This document shows, piece after piece, positions 42,690 to 53,431 of a DNA stretch of 64,000 bases. The stretch is from positions 1 through 64,000 of the forward strand of contig CAXHJY010001693.1 in NCBI GenBank assembly GCA_964016885.1, written 5' to 3'. A program made the translations under genes and the position numbers. Numbering within the stretch: position 1 is the stretch's first letter; every line of letters starts with the position of its first letter. The stretch is from Eledone cirrhosa (Eukaryota). The notes under the pieces are model-generated. The model had not been told where the DNA came from. It was given only the letters and a program-made list of their open reading frames with translations, and searched no databases.

Positions 42690-42896
42690 TAATGTGGCCG
42701 TGTAGGTAACACGGTAAAAACCTCCCAGTCCACACTGTAAACGTGGTTGGTGTTAGGAAGGGCATCCAGCCGTAGTAAACCCGCCAGACAGTTCTATGCG
42801 AGCAAGACAACCACTCTTGCCTCAAGTGGGAAAACTCCCCTCCAAACCCATGCAAGCGTGGAAGATGGCCGTTAAACGATGATGATGATGATGATA
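42690..42896 (+). mobile_element. SINE/LINE 3' tail fragment
   Basis: GGTTGGTGTTAGGAAGGGCATCCAGCCGTAG ... GTTAAACGAT(GAT)n, shared with the family A tail. Confidence 0.75.
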
Positions 42897-43307
42897 CATA
42901 TATATATATATGTACAGTTGAAAATTGCAAACTTGACTGTCACCACACAATATGAACCTGCAGATTGCGAAAGTATGAAAGTACTTGTTCAATTAACACT
43001 TAACATTTAATATTCTACCATACTATTTCATTCTAATACCATTATGAATTTTAAAGGATTGTAAATAAAACGAGTAAGTCAGACAAAGTTGGAATTCCTT
43101 TTATTAATATATACATATGTATATATACATATATATATATAGGTACATATATATACATTTATATGTACCTATATATACATATATATATAAAATATGTAGT
43201 TTAGAAAGCCACAACAATGCAGATGGGAAATCTCGAGGTAGGACGTGAGTGAGAAATAAATATATATATGTACAAGTATATACACATACATGTATATATA
43301 TATACAC

Positions 43308-43602
43308 TGAGGATGAAAAACTCAGAGCTGTACGGGAGCCTCCCAAAAGTCAGTTCAAAAGTGACAGAGGAGACTGAGGTTAGCTGGACATGCTCACCGA
43401 CATCCAGAGTTGACACTGCACTCAGTAGTCATGTGGGAGCCCCTGCATGGACACACTGGAAGAGGAAGACCAAGGTTAATGTATGTTGATGCCCTAAGGA
43501 CAGACATTGGTCTGTTGGAGACGCAGGACATGGCAGCGATAATGAGGGACAGAGACCACTGGAGAGAACCCGTCCATGGATCCCGGGAAGTTTACCCGCC
43601 CT

Positions 43603-43605
<3 letters not shown>
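43308..43605 (+). mobile_element. RTE-type LINE 3' fragment, frameshifted
   Basis: ELYGSLPKVSSK / RRLRLAGHAHRH / WEPLHGHTGRGRPRLMYVDALRTD...MRDRDHWR matches the RTE ORF2 C-terminal GH...RGRP...DR..WR pattern. Confidence 0.82.
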
Positions 43606-43638
<33 letters not shown>

Positions 43639-43640
43639 AC

Positions 43641-43781
43641 ATTGTTATACTTTGGGAGGGTCATGTTGCCAATAAGAAACACACGCACCAGTTGCTTTCA
43701 CTTCAATTTAATTTAATATATATAAAGCAACTGGTGCGTGTGTTTCTTATTGGCAACATGACCCTCCCAAAGTATAACAAT
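43641..43781. repeat. Perfect inverted repeat, 58-bp arms, 25-bp loop
   Basis: 43641-43698 is the exact reverse complement of 43724-43781. Confidence 0.93.
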
Positions 43782-44077
43782 ATCGGTTTCAACACACGAT
43801 TTCAGATAAAGAATCTTGCTAAACAAATTCAGAAACGAAATATATGTATACATATATATGTATATATATATAGTAATAATAATAAATTTGAAGACTAAAA
43901 TCCAAAGAGGGCTCGATAAGGATAAATATAAATCAAATATATAAGAACCGTAGAGCAGCGATTCTTTGCTTAAACTTTAATGTTATTTTAATAAATGTAT
44001 ATATATATATATATATACATACATACATACATATAAATATGTATATATATATACATGTCTATATACATATATATATA

Positions 44078-44274
44078 TAACTCTTCAACAAGCTGCCAAG
44101 AAATTTGAGAGATCTGCATGGTGTGGACTTGGATGTTTTGAAGAAACATCTCAACGCTCTGCTATCCAGGATCCCAGATGAGTCCACAGCAGGGTACGAA
44201 GGTAACCTAAGGGCAGAAGCAACGAACTCCCTCTTACACCAATGGCGGTGTCCGAGCATGGCTGGAACAGGTAA
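44078..44274 (+). mobile_element. Short CR1-group LINE 3' fragment, same family as 41922-42458, opposite orientation
   Basis: LFNKLPRNLRDLHGVDLDVLKKHLNALLSRIPDE...NLRAEATNSLLHQW matches the 42-kb copy. Confidence 0.85.
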
Positions 44275-44550
44275 TATATATATATATATATATAGTTAGA
44301 ATAATAATTAAATAAAACTAATTCTACAATCTCCAAGAGCGATTGTACCTGTAAACTACAGGACACCGGCAAATATAAGTCGAAAATAATGTATTAAAAC
44401 TTCAAATTTAATTATTTAAATAATTAGATACATATCTATAAAATTTCTGGAGTAGCAGTGGCTGAAACAGGGGAGACTACTCTGGAAAAAAAACCTATTT
44501 AGGATAAACTACTGTGAATAAAGAGGAAGAGACTGACAGGAATAGTCATA

Positions 44551-45195
44551 TATGTACTATATGTAGGATTGAGGAAGAATGTCATATATATATATGTACT
44601 ATATGTAGGATTGAGGAAAGAATGTCATATATATATATATACTATATGTAGGATTGAGGAAAGAATGTCATATATATATATGTACTATATGTAGGATTGA
44701 GGAAGAATGTCATATATATAAATGGAGGCACATGGCTTAGTGGTTCGAGCATTGGCCTTACAATCGAAAGGTTGTGAGTTCAATTCTTAGACCGGGTGAT
44801 GTGTTGTTTCCTTGAGCAAGACACTTTATTTCACATTGCTCCAGTTTACTCAGCTGTAGAAATGAGATGATAGGGACTGGAGTCCCTATCATTCCACTGT
44901 AAAGTGGTCGTGTAGGCGCCACGGAAAAAAAGCACCCAGCACTCACTGTAAATGAGGTTGGTGTTAGGAAGGGCATCCAGCTGTAGAAATCAAGCCAGAA
45001 TCAGTTCCCGTCCTACCCTTGCAAGCAGGGAAAAGCGGACGTAAAATGATGATGATGATGATGATGATATATACTATATGTAGGATTGAGGAAAGAATGT
45101 CATATATATATATATATATGTACTATAAGTAGGATTGAGGAAAGAATGTCATATATATATATATGTACTATATGTAGGATTGAGGAAAGAATTAG
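44551..45195 (+). repeat. ~42-bp minisatellite (TACTATATGTAGGATTGAGGAAAGAATGTCA(TA)n), about 7 copies, split by a SINE
   Basis: Four copies before 44722 and three after 45070. Confidence 0.9.
44723..45068 (+). mobile_element. tRNA-derived SINE, family A, full length with (GAT)n tail
   Basis: Head TGGAGGCACATGGCTTAGTGG; ends GTAAAATGATGATGATGATGATGATGAT. Confidence 0.93.
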
Positions 45196-45879
45196 TCATA
45201 CATACACACAAGTAGACATAGGTGTGACACCAATATAGCCTTATAGGTTAAATATATACCTACCCCTCTCTCTATATATGTTCATCCCAGGTTCAATCGG
45301 GTAACCACGTGTGTGTATATATATATATATACACACACACATATATACTCCTGAGTTCCTCCGCCCTTTTTTTTAATCCTGCAGGGTGTCCCAGAGACCC
45401 CCCTCCTCTCCTAACAAGGGTGCAGTCACCAATGATCCAAGCATGTGACAGGTTGTACTGGGTTACATGTTACCAGTAACACTGAACAGCGACCTGACAT
45501 AAACATACATACAATACCTTCATACTTTATATACATACAATATATATATATATACATACATTTTATACAAAACAGTAACAACTTGAAATATTTTTCTCAT
45601 ATAGTTCTTTATTTTTATCTGAAATTGAAATGAAGTATTTAGTGTTGTTGGAATCCAACCCCTTTTCAAAGACACATTTATAATGGTAGCCAGCACTTGA
45701 ACACAGAAAGTTTAACATTTTTATTACCATATTTCATACAACATACACTGTATTTAAATTAATTAATGGAGAATTTGGAGTTATTTAATAAAATTATAAT
45801 TATTTCATTATTAAGATAGTATTTGTAAGATAAAAATAGGTTTTTTTCCACAAAATTATGTTGCCAGGATTTAATTTAA

Positions 45880-46097
45880 CCCTTTAGCATTTAAACCTGT
45901 CATATCCAGCCAGAATTCTCTCACCTCTTTCTGTTCAAACCTGCCATAACTGGATATAACTGGCCACTCTTGCTGATTTTAAGGTATTGTTCTCAAAATA
46001 AATAATATAAAAATCACATAGATTCGATATTATGTGAGATTAAGCCTTTTCTGTGGAAATATAATAGTACATATAGAGTAATGTAAATGCTAAAGGG
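45880..46097. mobile_element. piggyBac-like MITE
   Basis: TTAA|CCCTTTAGCATTTA ... TAAATGCTAAAGGG|TTAA: 14-bp TIRs starting CCC, TTAA target duplication. Partial inverted copy at ~47466-47538. Confidence 0.8.
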
Positions 46098-47071
46098 TTA
46101 AATTGTATTTTTTTTATATGAACTGGTCACTCCCGGTGGAGTTGTAGAGGTGACATATTGCGTATCTTGGCAAGTTTAAACCTGGCGGAGCCGATTCCCG
46201 CTCCAGGTCTGAATACAGCTGATTTCTTGCAGAGAAGGTGAGTGAGATATAGAGAAGAATCAACCCCAGTTCAGGACTAGTACTATTTTTTTTATTGACC
46301 TCAGAAAACAGAACAACTCGAAGTATTCTATCTGATTCTGCCAATCTACCAACTTCTTTAATTTAAATAGAAACCCTTTAAAATAGGTGATTTCATTTCA
46401 TAGAACTGGAGCAGAGTTTCACCAAGTTGATATCAAAAGGGTTAAAGCTTTATCTTACAGATATTTAAGAAAAATATTGGTGGTGCAGATTGTTAATTAA
46501 AATGTTATTTTCTCAACACTTTTACCAGAAAGAATAAGACAGCCTATAATTTTCAATAATCAAGAATTTGGAGGGATTTAGTAATATAACTAAATTTCTC
46601 ATTATTAAGTTGGTGTTTGGAACATAACTTAACAAAGGTTCTCACATAAAATTATGATGGAAAAAGATTTTAAAATAAATATAAACATTTTAGTTATTTC
46701 ATTATAATATTTCTAATGAAAGACACTACTTTTGATTTTCAAAATAATCAAAAATTTTGGTGGGGATTTAGTGATATAACTAACTATTTCATTATTAAAA
46801 TTAAAGGTTCCCACAAAATTATAATTGGAGGTTTTTAAATAAATATAGACACTTAAAAATACAAACAATTATTGTATCATAGAACCAAGGGGGTCGAATT
46901 GGTCTGAAAAGAGTTAAATATTCTGTTGATGGCTGTTAGAGAATGGAAGGGGTGGTCAAGTGTAGGTAGGTATTTGTTCAACACTTGTTGATGTTCCAAG
47001 ATGAAATACTCAACTTACATACAACATGGATGTTGCCCTTAATTGTTTGTTTAGGTTTAGCATGGATGTTT

Positions 47072-47206
47072 TTAACTAGCTTTATTGTTGTTGGTGGTGG
47101 TACTCTTTAGTTCGAGACTATCCCAGCCAGATGAGTCAGCTTTGTGTAGCTTTATCTCAACTTTCTTTTCGGTTAATTCCACCTCACTTCGCAGTGGGTC
47201 AATTAT
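47072..47206 (-). CDS. CHORDC1: CHORDC1 coding exon 9 (end of CS domain, stop)
   Basis: tttctag|ATAATTGAC; IIDPLRSEVELTEKKVEIKLHKADSSGWDSLELKSTTTNNNKAS*; KVEIKL.K...W..LE is the CS/p23-like C-terminal motif. Confidence 0.93.
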   Translation of the reverse strand: MIDPLRSEVELTEKKVEIKLHKADSSGWDSLELKSTTTNNNKAS

Positions 47207-47584
47207 CTAGAAATAAAATAGAAAACAAAAGTAAAATAAAATGAAAAAAATTATAAGAACACATTGATATGCATATAGAAACTATGAAGTAGAACAGCTG
47301 TAGCCTGGTGCTGTCTGTCACATCCATACTAGAGAAGGAGGGCTGAGGTAGGACATGTTTGAATATAATTTATGGCTGGTGTAGTACAGGTATGGTGAGT
47401 GGGGTTGAATGTCGGATTATAAACTGTGCTTACATGAGATCATGGATAGCATCGGATTGAGCAGCTGGTTACAGCCGGTTTGAAAAGAAAGAGGTGAGAG
47501 AATTCTGGCCGGATATGGGTGGTTTAAATGTTAAAGGGTTAAAGGATGTACTGGGTGCATATTTACAGCAGAAAGCATACTTAC

Positions 47585-47767
47585 ACCACATAAGATAAGC
47601 TTCTTCTCAAAAGCAAACTTGCCGGCCTCGTACTTGAGGTAGATATCACATGCGACCCGATTCACGGAGATTGATGATTCATTTGGTAGAACTAACTTGG
47701 CATAAATGGTCAGAGTAACAGTTGTACCGGTCTGATGCCAATCAAAGCGGCATTCCTCACCATCAGT
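47585..47767 (-). CDS. CHORDC1: CHORDC1 coding exon 8 (CS domain)
   Basis: tag|ACT...GGT|gtaagt, 183 nt; TDGEECRFDWHQTGTTVTLTIYAKLVLPNESSISVNRVACDIYLKYEAGKFAFEKKLILCG. Confidence 0.95.
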
Positions 47768-49443
47768 CTAAACCACAAACAGAAGGAATATATATACACA
47801 TATATATATATAGTAATAATTAAATTCAAAGACCAAAATCCAGAGAGGACTTGATAATATATATATAAGCATATATAAATCTGTAGAGCAAGTATTTATC
47901 AGCACAGATTAAAAGTCTAAGTAAACAATTTGTTTTCACCCATAGCAAGAATTTCTTCTTCTCGCTCCACATAATGACGTAATTCTCCTTGTATATACTT
48001 CACTCATCTCAATAGAATGTCCTCACAAGCTACCATTAAGTTTTTCTGATTTCTAAAGGCAATATTTGGTTGTAATGTTTTTGAAATATTTATATATGAG
48101 CTCACAGATATATAAGGTACCAAACTAAATATGCCCAATATAAGTCCAAATATATTATCAATCAATAAATAATTCCCAGAAAGGTGTTAATGAACATATG
48201 AAAAAGTTTTTATAGGTAGTTAAATTAAATCTACAGATTGATTTTTCTCCATTTCAGAAGATCTCACTTAGGGCAAAAGCAGAAATTGTTTGCTTAAACT
48301 TTTAATATGTGCTAATATATACACACACACACCCATATACATATATATATATGCATATATATAATTATACACACACACACATTATATATATATATATATA
48401 TTATATATATATATATATTATATATATATATATATTATATATATAAGTAGTTGAAAGTGGAAAAGTCTACTCTACTCATATTTTAACAAGGTGCATTGAA
48501 GCTCAATATGTTATCCAGGTGAAATCATGCAGGAATCCATGGAGTACAACGCAGGTAGTTGAAGACAATGAAAGTCATAGAGTATACATATTTGATTCAG
48601 AATAACCAAGTTTTGATGGAAATATTGCATCTAATAATACCTTAAAGGTAATAGTAAGGAATTGGTGACTGGCCCCTTATATTATTACTGTTAATCATAA
48701 AGCTAACACTTATAATAGTAACAGTTTAACTAAAAAGAAGAGTAACAGCAATAAAGATATGAATAACAACAACAGACATATCAATGTAAGATCTTATAAA
48801 AATCATTCACTTCAGCTTCCACATTACACACATAGGGGGCCAAACCCTAATTTTTAATCTCCCAAAGTCTAGTAATAGTGAATCATGTAGCAATAATAAT
48901 GAACAAAACCCTAGTGCTCCACCAAATAACCTCTATCAATCAGTAAAAACTAATACTCCAACTCTCGGTAGAAAGACTAATTGTAGGAGGCAACATTTTT
49001 TAATGGTATACTAGAGAAAAATGTTTCCCAAAACCCATAATTATCATAAGTTACTAAATAAAAACACAAACTATCTTTGGACAATATTAATAACTCAGAC
49101 AGAGTTATTACATCGATGAGTTTGAATCGAGCTAACCTTAATCGGGGCGAATTCTCTTTGACTAACCAACAGGCACTTTAATAACATTTATATACTATTG
49201 TATTTTCACAGTAAAGGCTTTACCTCACATAATATCGAATCTACAAGATTTCTATTATGTCAGTATTCAAGCAAGACATATCTGACTTCCCATGTCCTCC
49301 CCTAATTTCTATTGTGTCTGTGTGTCACCCAGCTCTGATTCTCAAGTCAACTGAAGACAACTTGCGCAGCCAAGTGAATGAAATGGAAGAGAGACAAGAA
49401 AGTGGTATGTGTGTGTAGGGGTCTGACTGAATTTAATTCTCAC

Positions 49444-49546
49444 CTTTTTCTTCTTCCACACATGTTTGCCACTTTGACATCCCGGTTGATCGAGGAAAGA
49501 TGCAAAGTCTGATGTCTTAATTTCACAACATGACCAATACTTCATC
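49444..49546 (-). CDS. CHORDC1: CHORDC1 coding exon 7 (CHORD II, C-terminal half)
   Basis: tag|G ATG...AAG|gtgaga, 103 nt; [34 protein letters not shown]. Confidence 0.96.
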
Positions 49547-50056
49547 CTAAAACAACAATGTGTGTTAATCAAAATATAATATAATTAACAGTCTTTGGTC
49601 TTCTTTTCAATGTATATATATATATATATTTCTCGCTCTCGCACAGCTGATACATAAATGTAAGTATGCACATGTACACACATATAAAGGAACAGGCGAA
49701 GGCTTCAAAAACATCATCTTTGTCTATTCCCTTGTCGCTTTAGTTTGGATTGCCTCAAGAACTTAACCTTATTATGTAATGAAGCTGTCTGATGAGATCA
49801 TGGCACTGCCTCTATATATATATATAAAATACATTATGCTGAGCCCAACATCTTTGTTCAAGGTCAGAGGTTGAAGGTTGTTGATACATTTGTCTACTTT
49901 GATAGTACCTTTTGCAGAGATGCTTCATTGGACATAGTGAACTGGGTACTTTTTATTGTCACCAACAGAGACCCCTACTTGTAGAAAACATGCTACAAAT
50001 GAAGTAATTAATTTTAGTTAATTAAAATGGAATATATTAGAAAGTCAATGACTGAC

Positions 50057-50127
50057 CCTTCATGGAAAACAGCAGCTCCACTGTGGTATTTACAGACTTC
50101 CTCTTTCGATATTTCACCTTCATATAC
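50057..50127 (-). CDS. CHORDC1: CHORDC1 coding exon 6 (CHORD II)
   Basis: ccccag|GTA...GG|gtcagt, 71 nt; VYEGEISKEEVCKYHSGAAVFHEG. Confidence 0.95.
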
Positions 50128-50130
50128 CTG

Positions 50131-50430
50131 GGGAGGATAGGAAACAGATGTGGAGTGGTGTAGTGTGGTGGTGGTGTAATAGGGGAGGATAGGAAACAGA
50201 TGAGGAGTGGTGTAGTGTGGTGGTGGTGTAGTAGGGGAGGATAGGAAACAGATGTGGAGTGGTGTAGTGTGGTGGTGGTGTAATAGGGGAGGATAGGAAA
50301 CAGATGAGGAGTGGTGTAGTGTGGTGGTGGTGTAGTAGGGGAGGATAGGAAACAGATGTGGAGTGGTGTAGTGTGGTGGTGGTGTAATAGGGGGGAGGTC
50401 ATAGGAAACAGATGTGGAGTGGTGTGGTGG
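50131..50430. repeat. 52-bp intronic minisatellite, ~5.5 copies, followed by a GTG/GTA-rich tract
   Basis: GGGAGGATAGGAAACAGATG at 50131, 50183, 50235, 50287, 50339. Confidence 0.92.
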
Positions 50431-50576
50431 TAGTGGTGGCTTAGTGTGATGTAGTGTAGAGTTGAGTATAGGGGTGGTTGTGGTTCTGTAGTGGAGGTGT
50501 AATGTAATAGTGGTTGTGTAGTGTGGTGGTGATGTAGTGTAGTAGTAGTGTAGTGGTGATGTAGTGGTCTACTCAC

Positions 50577-50632
50577 CTTTCCACAGGAGGCGTTGGTACA
50601 ATTAGTTCCGACCATGATTTCCAAAGTATTTA
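50577..50632 (-). CDS. CHORDC1: CHORDC1 coding exon 5 (start of CHORD II; GAG acceptor)
   Basis: ttcatgag|TA...AAG|gtgagt, 56 nt; (V)NTLEIMVGTNCTNASCGK; phases match both neighbours. Confidence 0.85.
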
Positions 50633-51075
50633 CTCATGAAAAACAAAGAAAAACCCAAACATTAATTCACAAACAATCCACACAATTCTGGTCCTTAAAA
50701 CAACTGAAAAACTTCTATGATGTGCAACCTGGTTCCTAACTACACATGTAACGAGATAGATAGATGGAGAGATATATATATATATATAGAGAGATAGATG
50801 GAGAGAGATATAGAAAGATAGAGAGATAGATATATACTGTATATATATATATATAGAGAGAGAGAGGCAGATAGAGAGATATATAGAGATAGAGGGAGGG
50901 AGAGAGATATATAGCACAGTCTGTCATATGTAATTACTATATCTACTTCAACTACATAAAAAAAAAAAAAATATACAGACAGAAAAAGAGAGACAGAGAT
51001 AGATAGAGGGAGGGAGATAAATGATAGGGATATATATATATAGATATAGGTAGGGAGATAGATATATAGAGGGAG

Positions 51076-51115
<40 letters not shown>

Positions 51116-51148
51116 AAGAAAACTTTTTTCGCTCTACATGGCTGAATC

Positions 51149-51379
51149 GAGTTTTTCGAATATTAATAATAACATTCGATTCGTTTGCAATTATGCAAAT
51201 AAGCCTCAATTTTATAGCCATGTCAGTAGAATGAACCCTTCATTCTTGCTCTTGTGTTGGCATGTCAACAGAACAAGAGCAAGAATGAAGGGTTCATTAT
51301 ACTGCCATGGCTATAAAATTGAGGCTTATTTGCATAATTGCAAACGAATCGAATGTTATTATTAATATTCGAAAAACTC
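51149..51379. repeat. Near-perfect palindrome in CHORDC1 coding intron 4 (107-bp arms, 2 mismatches)
   Basis: 51149-51255 pairs with 51273-51379; the centre TGTTGGCA/TGTCAACA also pairs. Confidence 0.93.
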
Positions 51380-51433
51380 AGATTACATTTACTGTATGTA
51401 TATATATATAGAGAGAGAGATATATGTACTTAC

Positions 51434-51578
51434 CAGTTTGGTTTTCTTGAATATTAAGTTCTTCCATTCTCTTCTGTAAACTCTGGTGTAGACTGTCCCT
51501 AACAATCATCTTCAGGGGTATGATGGCTTCAGTTTCTGATGGACGTTCCACGGGTACAATACTCTTGGGGATAATAAT
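51434..51578 (-). CDS. CHORDC1: CHORDC1 coding exon 4 (inter-CHORD linker)
   Basis: tgtag|ATT...ACTG|gtaagt, 145 nt; IIIPKSIVPVERPSETEAIIPLKMIVRDSLHQSLQKRMEELNIQENQT. Confidence 0.9.
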
Positions 51579-51852
51579 CTACAGGGAGGGCACAGAACAA
51601 TCATCATCATCATCATCATGGGTGGACTTGCTATTTGTTGTACCACCCCTCCTGTGTCATCCCCACTAATCAACACAGCCAATCCCGTTCATATGTCCAC
51701 ACCAATTCCATCTGTATGTTCACACCACCATCACCACGGTCACCACTACCATCACCATCCCTCCCCACCAACATCACTACACCCACCCCCACACCACCAT
51801 CATCATCAATGAAATGTGTAAACAATATAAAAAAAAGTTATCCAGAACTTAC

Positions 51853-51924
51853 TTCTTTTTCTTCAGTTTTAGGTGTTTGAGGTTTCGGTGGAGGATTTGA
51901 GTTGTGTTGGCCTCTGGTGCACCC
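51853..51924 (-). CDS. CHORDC1: CHORDC1 coding exon 3 (end of CHORD I)
   Basis: ttgcag|GGG...GAA|gtaagt, 72 nt; GCTRGQHNSNPPPKPQTPKTEEKE. Confidence 0.94.
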
Positions 51925-51983
51925 CTGCAACACACAATATAGTATTAATCATAAGCATCACCATAATAATCTAAACTATAATA

Positions 51984-52180
51984 ATTGTTTCTACTTTTGG
52001 CACAAGGCCAGCAATTATCTGAGTGCATTACTGGTACTTTATTTTATCGACCCCGTAAGGATGAAAGGCAAAGTTAATCTCGGCGGGATTTGAAGTCAGA
52101 GTGTAAACGGCCGTAACTCCATGCTGCAAAGCATGGTGTCTGGTGTGCTACCGATACTGCCAATTTCTTTATTACTGGCC
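51984..52180 (-). mobile_element. SINE family B (Deu/Nin-domain-like core)
   Basis: Minus strand TTCAAATCCCGCCGAG...GCCTTTCATCCTTACGGGGTCGATAAAATAAAGTACCAG...GCTGGCCTTGTGCCAAAA. Related copies at ~56270-56394 (+), ~58914-59075 (-) and ~46255-46350 (-). Confidence 0.8.
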
Positions 52181-52407
52181 ACAAGGGCCGAACATAGAGG
52201 GCAATACAAAGTCGGGGACAGCTGGGGATGGGGGGGGGGGGGGTTATAATAATATCGAGTAAAAAAAAAACTAACAAAAAATACATCAACAACAGAATTC
52301 CCCAATGAAAGGGGGGATACAGCCCAGGGGTGACGTTGGGCACCCCACAAATCCCAACCCACCCTAGGATAACAGGTAATTAATGAATAGGTAAATACAA
52401 TACTTAC

Positions 52408-52514
52408 TGGGAGATCAAGAAAAACAGTGAAATTAACACTGGACTTGTTACAACAGGACCATTTCTTTATTCCTTCGTGAAATATTGGTACCCCAGGGTG
52501 GAACTGACAGGCTT
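52408..52514 (-). CDS. CHORDC1: CHORDC1 coding exon 2 (CHORD I)
   Basis: ccccag|AA...CCA|gtaagt, 107 nt; (E)ACQFHPGVPIFHEGIKKWSCCNKSSVNFTVFLDLP. Confidence 0.96.
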
Positions 52515-52766
52515 CTGGGGGAGAAAAAGGGAAAAGTTAAACTCAATGTCAACACATCAATCTACTGTTAACCAAATAGCAAGGAATTAGCATTTACTAC
52601 AAGACCCTGCATTTGCTACAGGCCCCTAAATTTGTGTGAGTGTATGTATGTATGTACAGGTGAATATGATCAATGAAATCAAGGTGGTGCCCCAGCATGG
52701 CCATCGTCTACCAACTGAAACAAAGTAATAAAGAATATACATACACATCTCTCTCTATATATATAT

Positions 52767-53079
52767 ATTCATTCATTCATTCCATTTTACGTCCGCCTTT
52801 TCCCTGCTTGCGAGGGTGGGACGGGAACTGATTCTGGCTTGATTTCTACAGCTGGATGCCCTTCCTAACACCAACCTCATTTACAGTGAGTGCTGGGTGC
52901 CTTTTTTGCCGTGGCACCTCCACGACCACTTTGCAGTGGAATGATAGGGACCCCAGTCTCTATCATCACATTTTTACAGCTGAGTAAACTGGAGCAATGT
53001 GAAATAAAGTGTCTTGCTCAAGGAAACAACACATCATCCGGTCTGAGAATTGAACTCACAACCACTAAGCCATATGCCT

Positions 53080-53082
<3 letters not shown>
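52767..53082 (-). mobile_element. tRNA-derived SINE, family A, with an internal deletion in the head
   Basis: Same body as the other copies; the GAGCATTGGCCTTGCAATCGAAAG segment is missing. Confidence 0.9.
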
Positions 53083-53131
<49 letters not shown>

Positions 53132-53285
53132 GTATATATACAGGGTCATCCCCAAAAAGTATACACACTTCAACAGCATTCTAATAAATATGGCCTGTAC
53201 AGGTAATCAAAGTGTGTATATATATATTTGGGGGGGGGGGGGGCATATATGTAATGTATGTACGATTAGAAAAGTGTAGATTTAC

Positions 53286-53346
53286 CTTCAGTATTGGAAT
53301 CTGGATCGAAATCCTGTCCACAAGTTTTGTTATAACATTTAGGCAT
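53286..53346 (-). CDS. CHORDC1: CHORDC1 coding exon 1 (cysteine and histidine-rich domain protein 1 / morgana, HSP90 co-chaperone)
   Basis: ctttacag|TGGACA ATG; MPKCYNKTCGQDFDPDSNTE|gtaaat. The nine exons sum to 933 nt = 310 aa + stop, with two complete C-x4-C-x13-C-x2-H-x14-CC-x15-C-x4-H CHORD domains and a CS domain. No melusin-type acidic tail. Confidence 0.93.
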
Positions 53347-53395
53347 TGTCCACTGTAAAGAAATAGAGATAGATATACAGTATATATACTGTGTA

Positions 53396-53431
<36 letters not shown>

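Noticed and set aside
49788-49815. CTGATGAG as another hammerhead core
   Set aside because: No stem II partner or GAAA box follows.
50037-50624. 195-aa His/Thr/Pro-rich ORF
   Set aside because: Only the first ~16 residues are CHORDC1 exon 5; the rest is read-through of the intronic minisatellite.
47072-53346. Melusin/ITGB1BP2 assignment
   Set aside because: No acidic C-terminal tail, and melusin is a vertebrate paralogue; CHORDC1/morgana fits better.
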